Position numbers and translations under genes: made by a program. From Candidatus Altarchaeum sp. (lineage in GTDB: Archaea > Altiarchaeota > Altiarchaeia > Altiarchaeales > Altiarchaeaceae): 35,425 bases of DNA. Positions within the stretch are counted from its first letter, which is position 1; every line of letters starts with the position of its first letter. The notes under the pieces were generated by a model. That model searched no databases. It worked only from the letters and a program-made list of their open reading frames with translations, and was not told the origin of the DNA. The stretch covers positions 1 through 35,425 of the forward strand of contig JAGWDQ010000098.1 in NCBI GenBank assembly GCA_018260615.1. Reading direction: 5' to 3'. Positions 17,403-26,689 of the stretch are shown here, in pieces.

Positions 17403-19580
17403 ATGGCAACACGGCGCAGTGAAAATTTAAAGTTATTAACAGGGTACCTTATAATATGGACATTAATATTTGCATTGCTCTTTGTATCCATCGGTGTATT
17501 TTTTACAGCAGCATCTGCCGATGTGATTATTGGAAATGTAAATTTAACTCATACCAAAGATATTTCTCTGTCTGCGGACTTTAAAAATAATGATAGCAAT
17601 GTTATTGCATTCTCGTATAATGTCCTGTTTGATGAAAGAGAAATTTTAAGCGACAAATCCGAATTAGAGAAAAATGAGACAAAAACAGTAAATTTTATGC
17701 TTCCGGTTGAAACAAAAAAATCATTGTACGACTGCAAAAGGCATAATCTGACATTCTTTATATGGCTTGGCGGACAAAAAAGGACTTACACCGAAGAAAT
17801 CATAATGCAAGGCGGGACATTTAACATTGAAATTTCTCCGGATGGAAAAAAGTGTTTTAGCGATACGATTGAAATGCTGATTAAAGATGAAGGCGGAAAC
17901 ATAGTAAAAAATGCAGGTATAATTATCGTTAAAGATGAGACCGAAGTTAAAAGAGATAATACGAATATGGACGGCATTTTTAAATTTTCTCCTTCTGCTT
18001 ATGGTGTGGGCGAATATACAATTACGATCAGGGAGCATGATAAAATTTCCGCTCAATTTTACTGCGATAAAGCGATGAAATTTCCCGTTAAAGGAAGAAT
18101 GGAAATCATGCACCTTCCGCAATATGCAAAAATTTCGGCTCAAGTAGAGCTATATATAAAGATGGATGAAATTTCAATAACATCCGGGTGGGGCGGCAAA
18201 AAAGTTATGGAATTTTATAATGTTGAAATTTTTAACAAAGATACAAACCAACGCAACATACTTTCTTTTTCGTCAAAAGAACTGGTTTTCCCTTTAAATT
18301 TTACCTCGCCCGGACATTATACAATTACCGCATCCCGCGGAGATGACTACTGGACTGACTCAAAGGATATTGAAATAGTTGATAAACCTGTACTTAACAT
18401 TGATATTCAAAAAAATGTTAGAGTCGGGGATGTTGTCACCGGAAAAATTTTTGCAGATGATGTGATTTATATTGATTCACTACATATTGAAATTAAATAC
18501 CCTGATGGCTCAATCACCATGCCTGCAACAAAAGACTGTAAATTTTCCTTTACTCCGCCGGTGTCCGGCGAGTATGAAATAACCGTTGAAGATGCGGAAC
18601 ACAAACAAAATATTGTGAAAATTTTTGCACTTGATGAAATGTTTCTTGAAATTTTACCCGATGAGAAAAATTTAAAGGTCGGGGATACCGTCCGATTTCG
18701 CATAAAGGACTCAAAAAATACCACTCTGAATGCAGAAATTTATGTAAATAACGAAATAGCCGCTCCATATTACAAAATAAAAAATTTAATGAACAATATA
18801 TCCGTAAAGAAGGACTGTTTTATTCCCGTAAATAAAGAAATTATAGTTAGCGGAAATAACAAAATAAATATAGATAAAAATGTGCTTACTTACGGTGAAA
18901 TCCAGACGATTTATTTAACAACCGAACCCAAAACAGAGCTCAATATCAAAATTATTAACAAAAACAATAGTGAAAAAATAGAAAAATCCGGAAATTTTGT
19001 TGAATTCATACCTGCTGTCGGAGAGTATTTTGTTGAATGCAGTAAAGAAGGATATTTAACTGCAAACGGGACATTTACAGTTATGCCTGCACAGATGAAT
19101 GTAATAATTGACTATACGGAGGGAGAGATTATAGTAAAGATATTTTCAAAGGCAACCTATCTGCCAGTTCAAAATGCGAAATTTAATGTTTTGCTGCCAA
19201 GCGGGAAAAATTTAACATTGCTTACAGATGAAAAGGGAACGGCAAAATTTAAACCGACTGAATTTGGAAATCATAGTTTTATAATAGAAAAGGAAAATTT
19301 CTTATCCTATACAAGTTCTAAGAATATTTATACAATTGAGCCGGCAATTGCAGCCGCTGTTTTTATAATTTTGCTGATTGCGGCATTCATAGTATACAAA
19401 TATGTTGCATACCGGAGATTTATTGGAAAAGGAGTTAAATCCGGCGGACAACCAGCGGGAGAAACAGGAAAAGGAAAGGGAAAGGAAGGAGAAGAAGGAC
19501 TCGTGATAAGCACGGGTGAATTGAAAGAAGAGACAAACATGATGGGAATAGATGAATCGCCGTTGAGTAAAATCAGGTAA
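17403..19580 (+). CDS. Large membrane-anchored surface protein with repeated beta-sandwich segments
   Basis: N-terminal hydrophobic segment, recurrent 'G.Y.IT' motifs, and a C-terminal TM helix with a charged tail. Confidence 0.7.
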   Translation: MATRRSENLKLLTGYLIIWTLIFALLFVSIGVFFTAASADVIIGNVNLTHTKDISLSADFKNNDSNVIAFSYNVLFDEREILSDKSELEKNETKTVNFMLPVETKKSLYDCKRHNLTFFIWLGGQKRTYTEEIIMQGGTFNIEISPDGKKCFSDTIEMLIKDEGGNIVKNAGIIIVKDETEVKRDNTNMDGIFKFSPSAYGVGEYTITIREHDKISAQFYCDKAMKFPVKGRMEIMHLPQYAKISAQVELYIKMDEISITSGWGGKKVMEFYNVEIFNKDTNQRNILSFSSKELVFPLNFTSPGHYTITASRGDDYWTDSKDIEIVDKPVLNIDIQKNVRVGDVVTGKIFADDVIYIDSLHIEIKYPDGSITMPATKDCKFSFTPPVSGEYEITVEDAEHKQNIVKIFALDEMFLEILPDEKNLKVGDTVRFRIKDSKNTTLNAEIYVNNEIAAPYYKIKNLMNNISVKKDCFIPVNKEIIVSGNNKINIDKNVLTYGEIQTIYLTTEPKTELNIKIINKNNSEKIEKSGNFVEFIPAVGEYFVECSKEGYLTANGTFTVMPAQMNVIIDYTEGEIIVKIFSKATYLPVQNAKFNVLLPSGKNLTLLTDEKGTAKFKPTEFGNHSFIIEKENFLSYTSSKNIYTIEPAIAAAVFIILLIAAFIVYKYVAYRRFIGKGVKSGGQPAGETGKGKGKEGEEGLVISTGELKEETNMMGIDESPLSKIR

Positions 19581-19783
19581 AATCAATAAATCAGGAAGCG
19601 TTGGAGAAGAAAAGCATATAGTTTTTCTCATATCCGATTAAAATATAAATCTAAACATACTTTGCAGGTAAATTGAATTTTTTATAGCTACCTTCGGTTT
19701 AAAATACATATTTTTCTTTCTCTTTCAAAGTTCAAAAACACGAAGAAAAACATTTACTTGTGAAGTTGGAACATATCAACAGT

Positions 19784-19799
19784 AAAAAAAAAAAAAAAA
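19784..19799 (-). terminator. T16 tract downstream of the CBS genes
   Basis: 16 consecutive A on the + strand, ~50 nt past the stop at 19852. Confidence 0.45.
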
Positions 19800-19851
19800 T
19801 TTTTGTTCTTTAATTTACACTTGTCAAACTTTGTTGTGCAAATATCTATCT

Positions 19852-20229
19852 TTATGCAATTGTCTTGAATATGTCAGAGTTGCTTAAGACCCCTACAATC
19901 TTCTTTCCGTCAAACACAGGTGCTCTTCTAATTCCTGTCTTTGAAAACAATCTCGCACAATATTTAACACTCAATCCGGGAGAGACGGTAATCAACGGCT
20001 TTGTCATAATTTCGTGCACTTTTACTGCTTTTGGGTCTTTTCCCTGAGCAACGAGCTTGCTTACAACATCCTTTCTTGTCACAATTCCGAAAGCATCATC
20101 TACATTTCTTGAATTTACTATCAATGCAGACACCTTTTTTGCAAACATTGTATTCACTGCTTCCCCAACTGTTGCATTTCCATCTATATACACAATGTCC
20201 TTTGCCATTACATCCCCTGCCTTAACCAC
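19852..20229 (-). CDS. CBS-pair protein, copy 1
   Basis: Tandem CBS motifs. The homologous ATG (20245) is out of frame via an A10 run; a GTG start at 20229 is available. Confidence 0.85.
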   Translation of the reverse strand: MVKAGDVMAKDIVYIDGNATVGEAVNTMFAKKVSALIVNSRNVDDAFGIVTRKDVVSKLVAQGKDPKAVKVHEIMTKPLITVSPGLSVKYCARLFSKTGIRRAPVFDGKKIVGVLSNSDIFKTIA

Positions 20230-20316
20230 CTTTTTTTTTTACCATTTTGGTTTTTTAAATTTTTTTATATTTTATGTTTATCTTGATTTATGGCGATTTG
20301 TTATTTTTTCTTACTT

Positions 20317-20709
20317 TTACAACAATGTTTTCAACAATCCCGTATTATTAATCATTCCGACAATCTTCTTTCCGTCAAACACAGGTGCTCTTCTGATTCC
20401 TGTCTTTGAAAACAATCTCGCACAATATTTAACACTCAATCCGGGAGAGACGGTAATCAACGGCTTTGTCATAATTTCGTGCACTTTTACTGTTTTTGGG
20501 TCTTTTCCCTGAACAACGAGCTTGCTTACAACATCCTTTCTTGTCACAATTCCGAAAGCATCATCTGTATTTCTCGCATTTACTATCAAACTAAAGATCT
20601 TTTTACTGTTCATCATTTTTACCGCTTCTTCAACTGTTGCACTTCCATCTATATACACGATGTCCTTTGCCATTACATCCCCTGCCTTAACCACCTTTTT
20701 TTCTACCAT
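20317..20709 (-). CDS. CBS-pair protein, copy 2 (mosaic)
   Basis: First ~22 codons resemble copy 1; the remainder nearly matches copy 3. Confidence 0.9.
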   Translation of the reverse strand: MVEKKVVKAGDVMAKDIVYIDGSATVEEAVKMMNSKKIFSLIVNARNTDDAFGIVTRKDVVSKLVVQGKDPKTVKVHEIMTKPLITVSPGLSVKYCARLFSKTGIRRAPVFDGKKIVGMINNTGLLKTLL

Positions 20710-20780
20710 TTTGGTTTTTTAAATTTTTTTATATTTTATGTTTATCTTGATTTATGGCGATTTGTTATTTTTTCTTACTT

Positions 20781-21173
20781 TTACAACAATGTTTTCAACA
20801 ATCCCGTATTATTAATCATTCCGACAATCTTCTTTCCGTCAAACACAGGTGCTCTTCTGATTCCTGTCTTTGAAAACAATCTCGCACAATATTTAACACT
20901 CAATCCGGGAGAGACGGTAATCAACGGCTTTGTCATAATTTCGTGCACTTTTACTGTTTTTGGGTCTTTTCCCTGAACAACGAGCTTGCTTACAACATCC
21001 TTTCTTGTCACAATTCCGAAAGCATCATCTGTATTTCTCGCATTTACTATCAAACTAAAGACCTTTTTACTGTTCATCATTTTTACCGCTTCTTCAACGG
21101 TTGCACTTCCATCTACATATATTATGTCCTTTGTCATCACATCCCCTGCCTTAACAACTTTTTTTGCTGTCAT
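20781..21173 (-). CDS. CBS-pair protein, copy 3
   Basis: Tandem CBS motifs. Confidence 0.9.
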   Translation of the reverse strand: MTAKKVVKAGDVMTKDIIYVDGSATVEEAVKMMNSKKVFSLIVNARNTDDAFGIVTRKDVVSKLVVQGKDPKTVKVHEIMTKPLITVSPGLSVKYCARLFSKTGIRRAPVFDGKKIVGMINNTGLLKTLL

Positions 21174-21225
21174 TTTGCTTTTAAATTTTGTTTGTTAAAT
21201 TTTTATAAATTTTTAGTTCTTTTTC

Positions 21226-21774
21226 TTAAAGAATTTTTGCTAAATTTTTTGCCGCTTCTTCCAGGCCATTATCGTGATTTTGTATTATTTTTATTGTTGC
21301 TCCTGTAAGTACACCATAAGCCATTGCTATTGCCCTGTTCATTTCCTGATGTTCTTTTATGCCTTCAATATCCTCGGCGTCTCTTTTTCGGGATATATCT
21401 TTTGCCCTTCTTCTTGAAATTTCTTCCGGTGATGCCTCAAGAATTACAATGGTATTCGGCATAATTTCTTTCAAAACCCATTCCGGAAGGCCTGGCAAAT
21501 ATCCATTGGGTGTCAAAATAGAAGCATGTGTATCTATAATAACATTTTCCATTTTTCCGATTTTTTTGGCGGCGTTTTTCTGGATTTCTTTTTGGATTTT
21601 CGGGTCAAGTTTTCTCATTTCGTCTCTATCTTTAACCAAGCCCTTGCTTTTTGCTTCATCAAACATCACATTTCCGTAATTAACATGCGTGTATTTTTTT
21701 TCTGATTCTGCAATTCCTTTTTCCAAAACTGTCGTTTTCCCTGTCCCCGGAATTCCGGTAACTACAATTTTCAT
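21226..21774 (-). CDS. adkA: Archaeal adenylate kinase
   Basis: VVTGIPGTGKTT and IIDTHA...GYLPGLP motifs. Confidence 0.95.
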   Translation of the reverse strand: MKIVVTGIPGTGKTTVLEKGIAESEKKYTHVNYGNVMFDEAKSKGLVKDRDEMRKLDPKIQKEIQKNAAKKIGKMENVIIDTHASILTPNGYLPGLPEWVLKEIMPNTIVILEASPEEISRRRAKDISRKRDAEDIEGIKEHQEMNRAIAMAYGVLTGATIKIIQNHDNGLEEAAKNLAKIL

Positions 21775-21969
21775 CTTAAATTTTTTAAATTATATCTTTA
21801 AATTTTGTTTAAATGTTTAAATTTTCGCCAATCTTTTATATTTTATTTTGATTTATTATTAACAAAAAGAATTATGTTTTGGGGATTAAGTATTTAAAAT
21901 AATAAATAAAAGTAGTATATATTTATAATATGTGAAATATGCAAAAAGTTATTATCAAAAAGTTAATTC

Positions 21970-22051
21970 ATTTTTCACAATGGATTGTTTAAATCGCACT
22001 AAGTAGTATGGAAAGATTCAAATACAAAACAAAAATTTTTCACAATGGATT
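21970..22051 (+). repeat. 17-bp direct repeat spanning the nnr start codon
   Basis: ATTTTTCACAATGGATT at 21970-21986 and 22035-22051, 48 bp apart. Confidence 0.8.
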
Positions 22052-23436
22052 TAGAAAAAGAAACAAAACGGACTGATTTAAATGCAAAATTTTTTGGAAT
22101 TGATACATTGCTTTTAATGGAAAATGCGGGAAAATGTGTTGCAGAGGAATGCAAAAATTTTGACAAAATTTTAATATTCTGCGGAACAGGAAATAACGGC
22201 GGAGATGGTTTGTGTGCTGCAAGACATTTGCTCGCCGAAGGAAAGGAAATTCTGATTCAGTCATTAAAAGGAAACAGAACTTATGAAAATCAGAAAAATT
22301 TTGACATTTTGAAAAATTTTGCTGATATAAAGGTAATAAGAGATAGCAGTGAAATTGAAAAACTGAAAGAAGAAATTTTAAAATTTAACCCTGATGTTAT
22401 AGTTGATGCACTGATTGGTGTCGGAAGTAAAGGAAAATTAAGGGAACCAACAAAAAGTTTGATAAATTTGGCAAACGAATTACATTGTTATAAAATTGCC
22501 GTTGATATTCCTACGGGAGACGATGAAATAAAATTTAACGCAGATAAAGTTATTTCTTTTGAAATCGGAAAAACAAACGACGCAATAATTAAGAGCATAG
22601 GAATTCCAAAAAAAATTGAACGGATGTGCGGTGTCGGGGACTTTTTAACTGCATTAAAGGAGTATAAAGGCGATGAACATAAAGGATATTTCGGAAAAAC
22701 ATTGGTTATCGGAGGAAGCAGGGATTATATCGGGGCTCCGTATTTAACTGCAAAGGCATCGCAAAAATTTAATGATTTGACTTATATCGCAACCCCGAAA
22801 TTTGTTCAGAGACGAATTTTTGACCCGACTTTGATATTTTTGCCGTGTGAAGATGAAGAGTATTTGCAAAATTTAGTGGCTGATTATGCGAAATTTGACT
22901 GCATAGCAATTGGAAACGGAATTTCATTAAAAGCAAGCAAGGAATTAATAAGCAATGTTGTTGAAAAATCAAAGAAGGTTGTTATTGATGCAGAGGCATT
23001 AAAGTTAATAAATCCGGAAATTTTAAATAAGCATTGTATCATAACTCCGCATCTGGGAGAATTTAAGGCATTATTCGGCGTTGATTTGTATAACGAAAAC
23101 ACAGAAAACAAAGCAAAGGTTGTGCAAAATTTTGCGGAAAAGTATAATACGACAATCGTGCTTAAAGGAAAGACAGATATTGTTGCAATTCATGAAAGGA
23201 CTAAATTTAATGAAAAGGACTGCATACGATTAACTGTCGGAGGAACGGGTGATGTGCTTGCGGGAATTATTGCGGGAATTTACGCTCAAAATGATGAGCC
23301 ATTTGAAAGTGTGTGTGCGGGAACATTTCTGAACGGACTGGCAGGGGAAATTTTATTCAAAAAGAATGAAAATTTTGATGCAATACAATTGGTTGATGCA
23401 ATTCCGGAGGCAATAAAATTTTGCTTAAATTTTTAA
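22045..23436 (+). CDS. nnr: Bifunctional NAD(P)HX epimerase/dehydratase
   Basis: LMENAG, GNNGGDG, HKGYFGK, TPHLGEF and GGTGDVLAG motifs. Confidence 0.95.
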   Translation: MDLEKETKRTDLNAKFFGIDTLLLMENAGKCVAEECKNFDKILIFCGTGNNGGDGLCAARHLLAEGKEILIQSLKGNRTYENQKNFDILKNFADIKVIRDSSEIEKLKEEILKFNPDVIVDALIGVGSKGKLREPTKSLINLANELHCYKIAVDIPTGDDEIKFNADKVISFEIGKTNDAIIKSIGIPKKIERMCGVGDFLTALKEYKGDEHKGYFGKTLVIGGSRDYIGAPYLTAKASQKFNDLTYIATPKFVQRRIFDPTLIFLPCEDEEYLQNLVADYAKFDCIAIGNGISLKASKELISNVVEKSKKVVIDAEALKLINPEILNKHCIITPHLGEFKALFGVDLYNENTENKAKVVQNFAEKYNTTIVLKGKTDIVAIHERTKFNEKDCIRLTVGGTGDVLAGIIAGIYAQNDEPFESVCAGTFLNGLAGEILFKKNENFDAIQLVDAIPEAIKFCLNF

Positions 23437-23549
23437 ACTTAATATTGGTTAATTTTAATTTATATCAAATTATTTAATAATAAAATGAAAGGAGACAGAA
23501 TATAATTTAATATGTATGAAATGGGGGACAACCCAAGTGGAATGCAAAA

Positions 23550-24710
23550 ATGAAAATTGATAAATATAAAGCATTTATTGCTCATAGTTTTGATGAAAAA
23601 GACCAGGAAATTGTGGATTGGATTACCTATAAATTAAAGAAACATTTTGAGATTGTAACCGGCGCCAAACCGGAAGCAAAAATATTAACCGAGAAAATTT
23701 TTCCAAGAATAGATAAATGTAATGTTTTTTGTGGTATTCTTACAAAAAGGTATCCCAATGATAAAAATGAATGGGTGACATCTCCCTGGATATATAATGA
23801 GACAGGTTATGCTCTTCTTAATAAGAAAAAGATTTTAGTATTTCTCGAAGAAGGGGTAAAAGATTTAGGAATAGTTTCAAAAGATTATGAATATGTTCCT
23901 TTTAATAGGGAAAAAATAAAAAGAAAAGATGGGATTAAACAATTGAAGAAAAAAATTGAAGATTACGCAAATAGTTTGTATAAAGAAACAAAGATACAAC
24001 CAATTCATGAGGTGATAGAGACAACGGCTAGAATTTCAATTTATAACGATGGACACATAATAGAAGACATTGAAGCAACACTCAATACATTGTCAGATAA
24101 TTTTAAAAACAGATTACAGGATCTTTGGCTTGATGACTGCGCTGGTAAAGATATAAATTTAACACCGTTAAGAAAAAAATTAAAAAATTTGGATTTAGGT
24201 TTCGCGAGCAAAAAGAGATTTTTCGAACAGACATTCTATGCGAGAGTATTGGAGCCAAAATCCATTTATATATCCAATGTTGAGGCGATAGATAAAAATA
24301 CAACGGATGATGAAATATCTTTTAATTTAATTTTTAAGTCCTTAGATGGAAAGCAGATACCTGCTAACACAAGAATAAAGTATGCGTGGGGATGGAGTTG
24401 TCCTAATGCATTTCCGTTCAGGAAAGAACAACTGAATAACGGATCGCTTAAAAAGAATGTTGAGTATGCATCTTATACACTGGAAACCACTTGCGAATAT
24501 AATCTTACGATTATCATAAATTTTGAAAAGGGATATAAAATAGGAGAATATCCATTTATAGAAGTGTGTAATCAGGATGGGCAGATGATTCAAAGAAAAG
24601 AGTGTTCTGATTCTGATATTGAAGAAAAATTGTATTACACTACTTGTTATTTTAAGATGGGAAAAGTACAACCAAATCATAAATTTATAGTCAAGTGGAA
24701 ACCGTATTAA
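23550..24710 (+). CDS. TIR/nucleoside-deoxyribosyltransferase-like domain fused to an unrecognised beta-rich domain
   Basis: FIAHSF...CNVFCGILT...SPWIYNETGYA (catalytic-type Glu)...LVFLE. The ~240-aa C-terminal domain is unassigned. Confidence 0.7.
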   Translation: MKIDKYKAFIAHSFDEKDQEIVDWITYKLKKHFEIVTGAKPEAKILTEKIFPRIDKCNVFCGILTKRYPNDKNEWVTSPWIYNETGYALLNKKKILVFLEEGVKDLGIVSKDYEYVPFNREKIKRKDGIKQLKKKIEDYANSLYKETKIQPIHEVIETTARISIYNDGHIIEDIEATLNTLSDNFKNRLQDLWLDDCAGKDINLTPLRKKLKNLDLGFASKKRFFEQTFYARVLEPKSIYISNVEAIDKNTTDDEISFNLIFKSLDGKQIPANTRIKYAWGWSCPNAFPFRKEQLNNGSLKKNVEYASYTLETTCEYNLTIIINFEKGYKIGEYPFIEVCNQDGQMIQRKECSDSDIEEKLYYTTCYFKMGKVQPNHKFIVKWKPY

Positions 24711-24725
24711 TCAAAAATTAAGATT

Positions 24726-26162
24726 ATGGACATATATGATGTAATAATTATAGGTGCAGGTCCCGCAGGAATGTTTGCCGCTTATGAATTGTGCAAAAGT
24801 AAAACCAATTTGAAAATTTTAATCATTGACAAGGGAAAGTCAGTTGAAAAAAGAAGATGTCCGATGAAAGAAACCGGAAAATGCACGAATTGCGAAACCT
24901 GTGATATTATGTGCGGTGTCGGAGGTGCTGGAACATTTTCCGACGGTTTGTTAAATTTAAGACCTGATATAGGCGGAAATTTGGAGGAATTCACAAAAGA
25001 CAAAAATACTGCATGGGAACTTGTAAACTATGTTGATGAAATTTATCTTAAATTCGGAGCACCAAAAGAAAAGTTAGGGACCGATAAAGAAAAGATTGAC
25101 GAATTAAAGAAAAAATCAGCAAGTGTCGGAGTAAATTTTGTTGACATTCAGCAGAGACATATGGGCAGTGACGGAGCAACTAAGGTTATAAAAAATTTTG
25201 CGGATGAGCTGAAAAACAAGAGTGTTGAAATTTTAACAGAGGAAGAAGTGCAGGACTTGCTCGTTGAAGACAATATCTGTAAAGGTGTTATATTAAGCAA
25301 CAACAGAAAAATTTTTTCTGACTTTACAATTTTATGTCCCGGAAGGATAGGTGTCGGATTTACTTCCAAGGTAATAAATAAACATAAAATTTCTGCCAAA
25401 TACGGAGCAATTGACATCGGGGTCAGGGTTGAGGTGCCGGCAATTATTATGGATGATATTATAAGCATCAACAGAGACCCGAAATTTCAGTTATGGACAC
25501 AGCAATACGGGGACTTTGTCAGGACATTTTGCACAAATCATCACGGCTTTGTCGTTAAGGAGAATTATAAAAATTTTGTATGTGTCAATGGACATTCCTT
25601 ACTAAATGAAAAATCAGAAAACACAAATTTTGCCTTTCTCGTCCGCATAAATTTAACGGAGCCGCTGGAAAATACAACGCTTTACGGGGAATTATGTGCT
25701 CATACGGCAACCCTGCTCGGAGGAGGAAAGCCGTTAATTCAGCGACTTGGTGATTTAAGAAGGGGAAGAAGGTCAACACCGGAACGATTAAAGAGAAGTT
25801 TTGTTGAGCCGACACTTAAAGATGTTACGCCGAGTAATTTAGCAATGGCTCTCTCGCACAGAATTCTTGCAGATATTTTGGAGGGACTGGAAAAGCTGAA
25901 TGCTGTCATTCCGGGTGTGGCAAGTGATTCAACATTGCTTTATGCTCCTGAAATTAAATTTTATGCGATGCGGGTTGAGATTGACAAATTTATCACCTCA
26001 CTTCGTTCGGAGATGCTTAAATCCTCTGCGGATTTAAACATGCAGACATCTGTTAAAAATTTATTCGCAGCGGGAGACGGGGCGGGATTAAGCAGGGATA
26101 TAATTAATGCATCGGCAACGGGGGTGCTTGCGGGAAGAGGGATATTAAATTTTTTAAAATGA
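24726..26162 (+). CDS. NAD(P)/FAD-dependent oxidoreductase (COG2509-like)
   Basis: GAGPAG, GVGGAGTFSDG, VRTFCTN, YAPEIKFY and FAAGDGAG motifs. Confidence 0.9.
   Translation: MDIYDVIIIGAGPAGMFAAYELCKSKTNLKILIIDKGKSVEKRRCPMKETGKCTNCETCDIMCGVGGAGTFSDGLLNLRPDIGGNLEEFTKDKNTAWELVNYVDEIYLKFGAPKEKLGTDKEKIDELKKKSASVGVNFVDIQQRHMGSDGATKVIKNFADELKNKSVEILTEEEVQDLLVEDNICKGVILSNNRKIFSDFTILCPGRIGVGFTSKVINKHKISAKYGAIDIGVRVEVPAIIMDDIISINRDPKFQLWTQQYGDFVRTFCTNHHGFVVKENYKNFVCVNGHSLLNEKSENTNFAFLVRINLTEPLENTTLYGELCAHTATLLGGGKPLIQRLGDLRRGRRSTPERLKRSFVEPTLKDVTPSNLAMALSHRILADILEGLEKLNAVIPGVASDSTLLYAPEIKFYAMRVEIDKFITSLRSEMLKSSADLNMQTSVKNLFAAGDGAGLSRDIINASATGVLAGRGILNFLK
25989..26036 (+). repeat. REP-like palindromic element within the coding frame (also at 27227-27274)
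   Basis: CCTCACTTCGTTCGG followed by hairpin ATGCTTAAATCC-TCTGC-GGATTTAAACAT. Aligns with the reverse complement of 33506-33552 (same TCTGC loop). Encodes FITSLRSEMLKSSADL. Confidence 0.65.
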
Positions 26163-26259
26163 TAAGGTGGAGAAAATTTTGTAAGTAGAATAAAACATTT
26201 AAATTATGTAAATTTTAATTTAATAAACCACATAATCATTTAATTAAATAATCCTGAAA

Positions 26260-26493
26260 ATGGGAAAAATACATGAAGAAATACCAAAGAGGCACTGGGA
26301 TGACGCAAAATGGTCACGAAAGCATGCGACAGAGTTGTGGGAAAAATATCCTGAAATGTGGATAGCAATTGTTAATAAAAAGGTTGTAGCTTTTGGTAAA
26401 AATTTAAGTAAAGTAGAAGACCTTGCACAAAAAAAAACAAGAGCAAAATATCCTGTTATAGAATTTGTAGATGGTGGCAGTTGCATATATTAA
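26260..26493 (+). CDS. DUF5678-like small protein
   Basis: 'KYPEMWIAIVNKKVVAFGKNL..V...A......P.I..V' pattern. Confidence 0.7.
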   Translation: MGKIHEEIPKRHWDDAKWSRKHATELWEKYPEMWIAIVNKKVVAFGKNLSKVEDLAQKKTRAKYPVIEFVDGGSCIY

Positions 26494-26689
26494 AATGAAT
26501 GGTATGTGTATATCTATATAAAATCGTTATATTGTAGTCATATTATAGATTTATCCGATTATCAAATTGATTTTCGTCCAAAAACAAAAATCAACGGATA
26601 TTGACAGGATTTGCCAAAATCTGCACCCGCGATGCATAACTCAATATCGCTGCGACATAGCGAATCCCTGATATAAACAAATACATAGA

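Larger units (their letters stand above)
20246..21173. repeat. 464-bp-period tandem duplication (spacer + CBS gene)
   Basis: Spacers 20246-20316 and 20710-20780 are identical (71 bp). Genes are offset by 464 bp. Confidence 0.92.

Noticed and set aside
19581-19783. Decayed transposase fragment (minus strand ...IYILIGYEKNYMLFFSNA)
   Set aside because: Several stops, no recognisable motif or termini; cannot be supported without a search.
20057-21308. Long + strand ORFs over the CBS array
   Set aside because: Antisense shadows, repeated only because the DNA is duplicated. The same applies to the other short antisense ORFs in the track.
23512-23553. uORF MYEMGDNPSGMQK upstream of the TIR-like gene
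   Set aside because: Too short to distinguish from chance.
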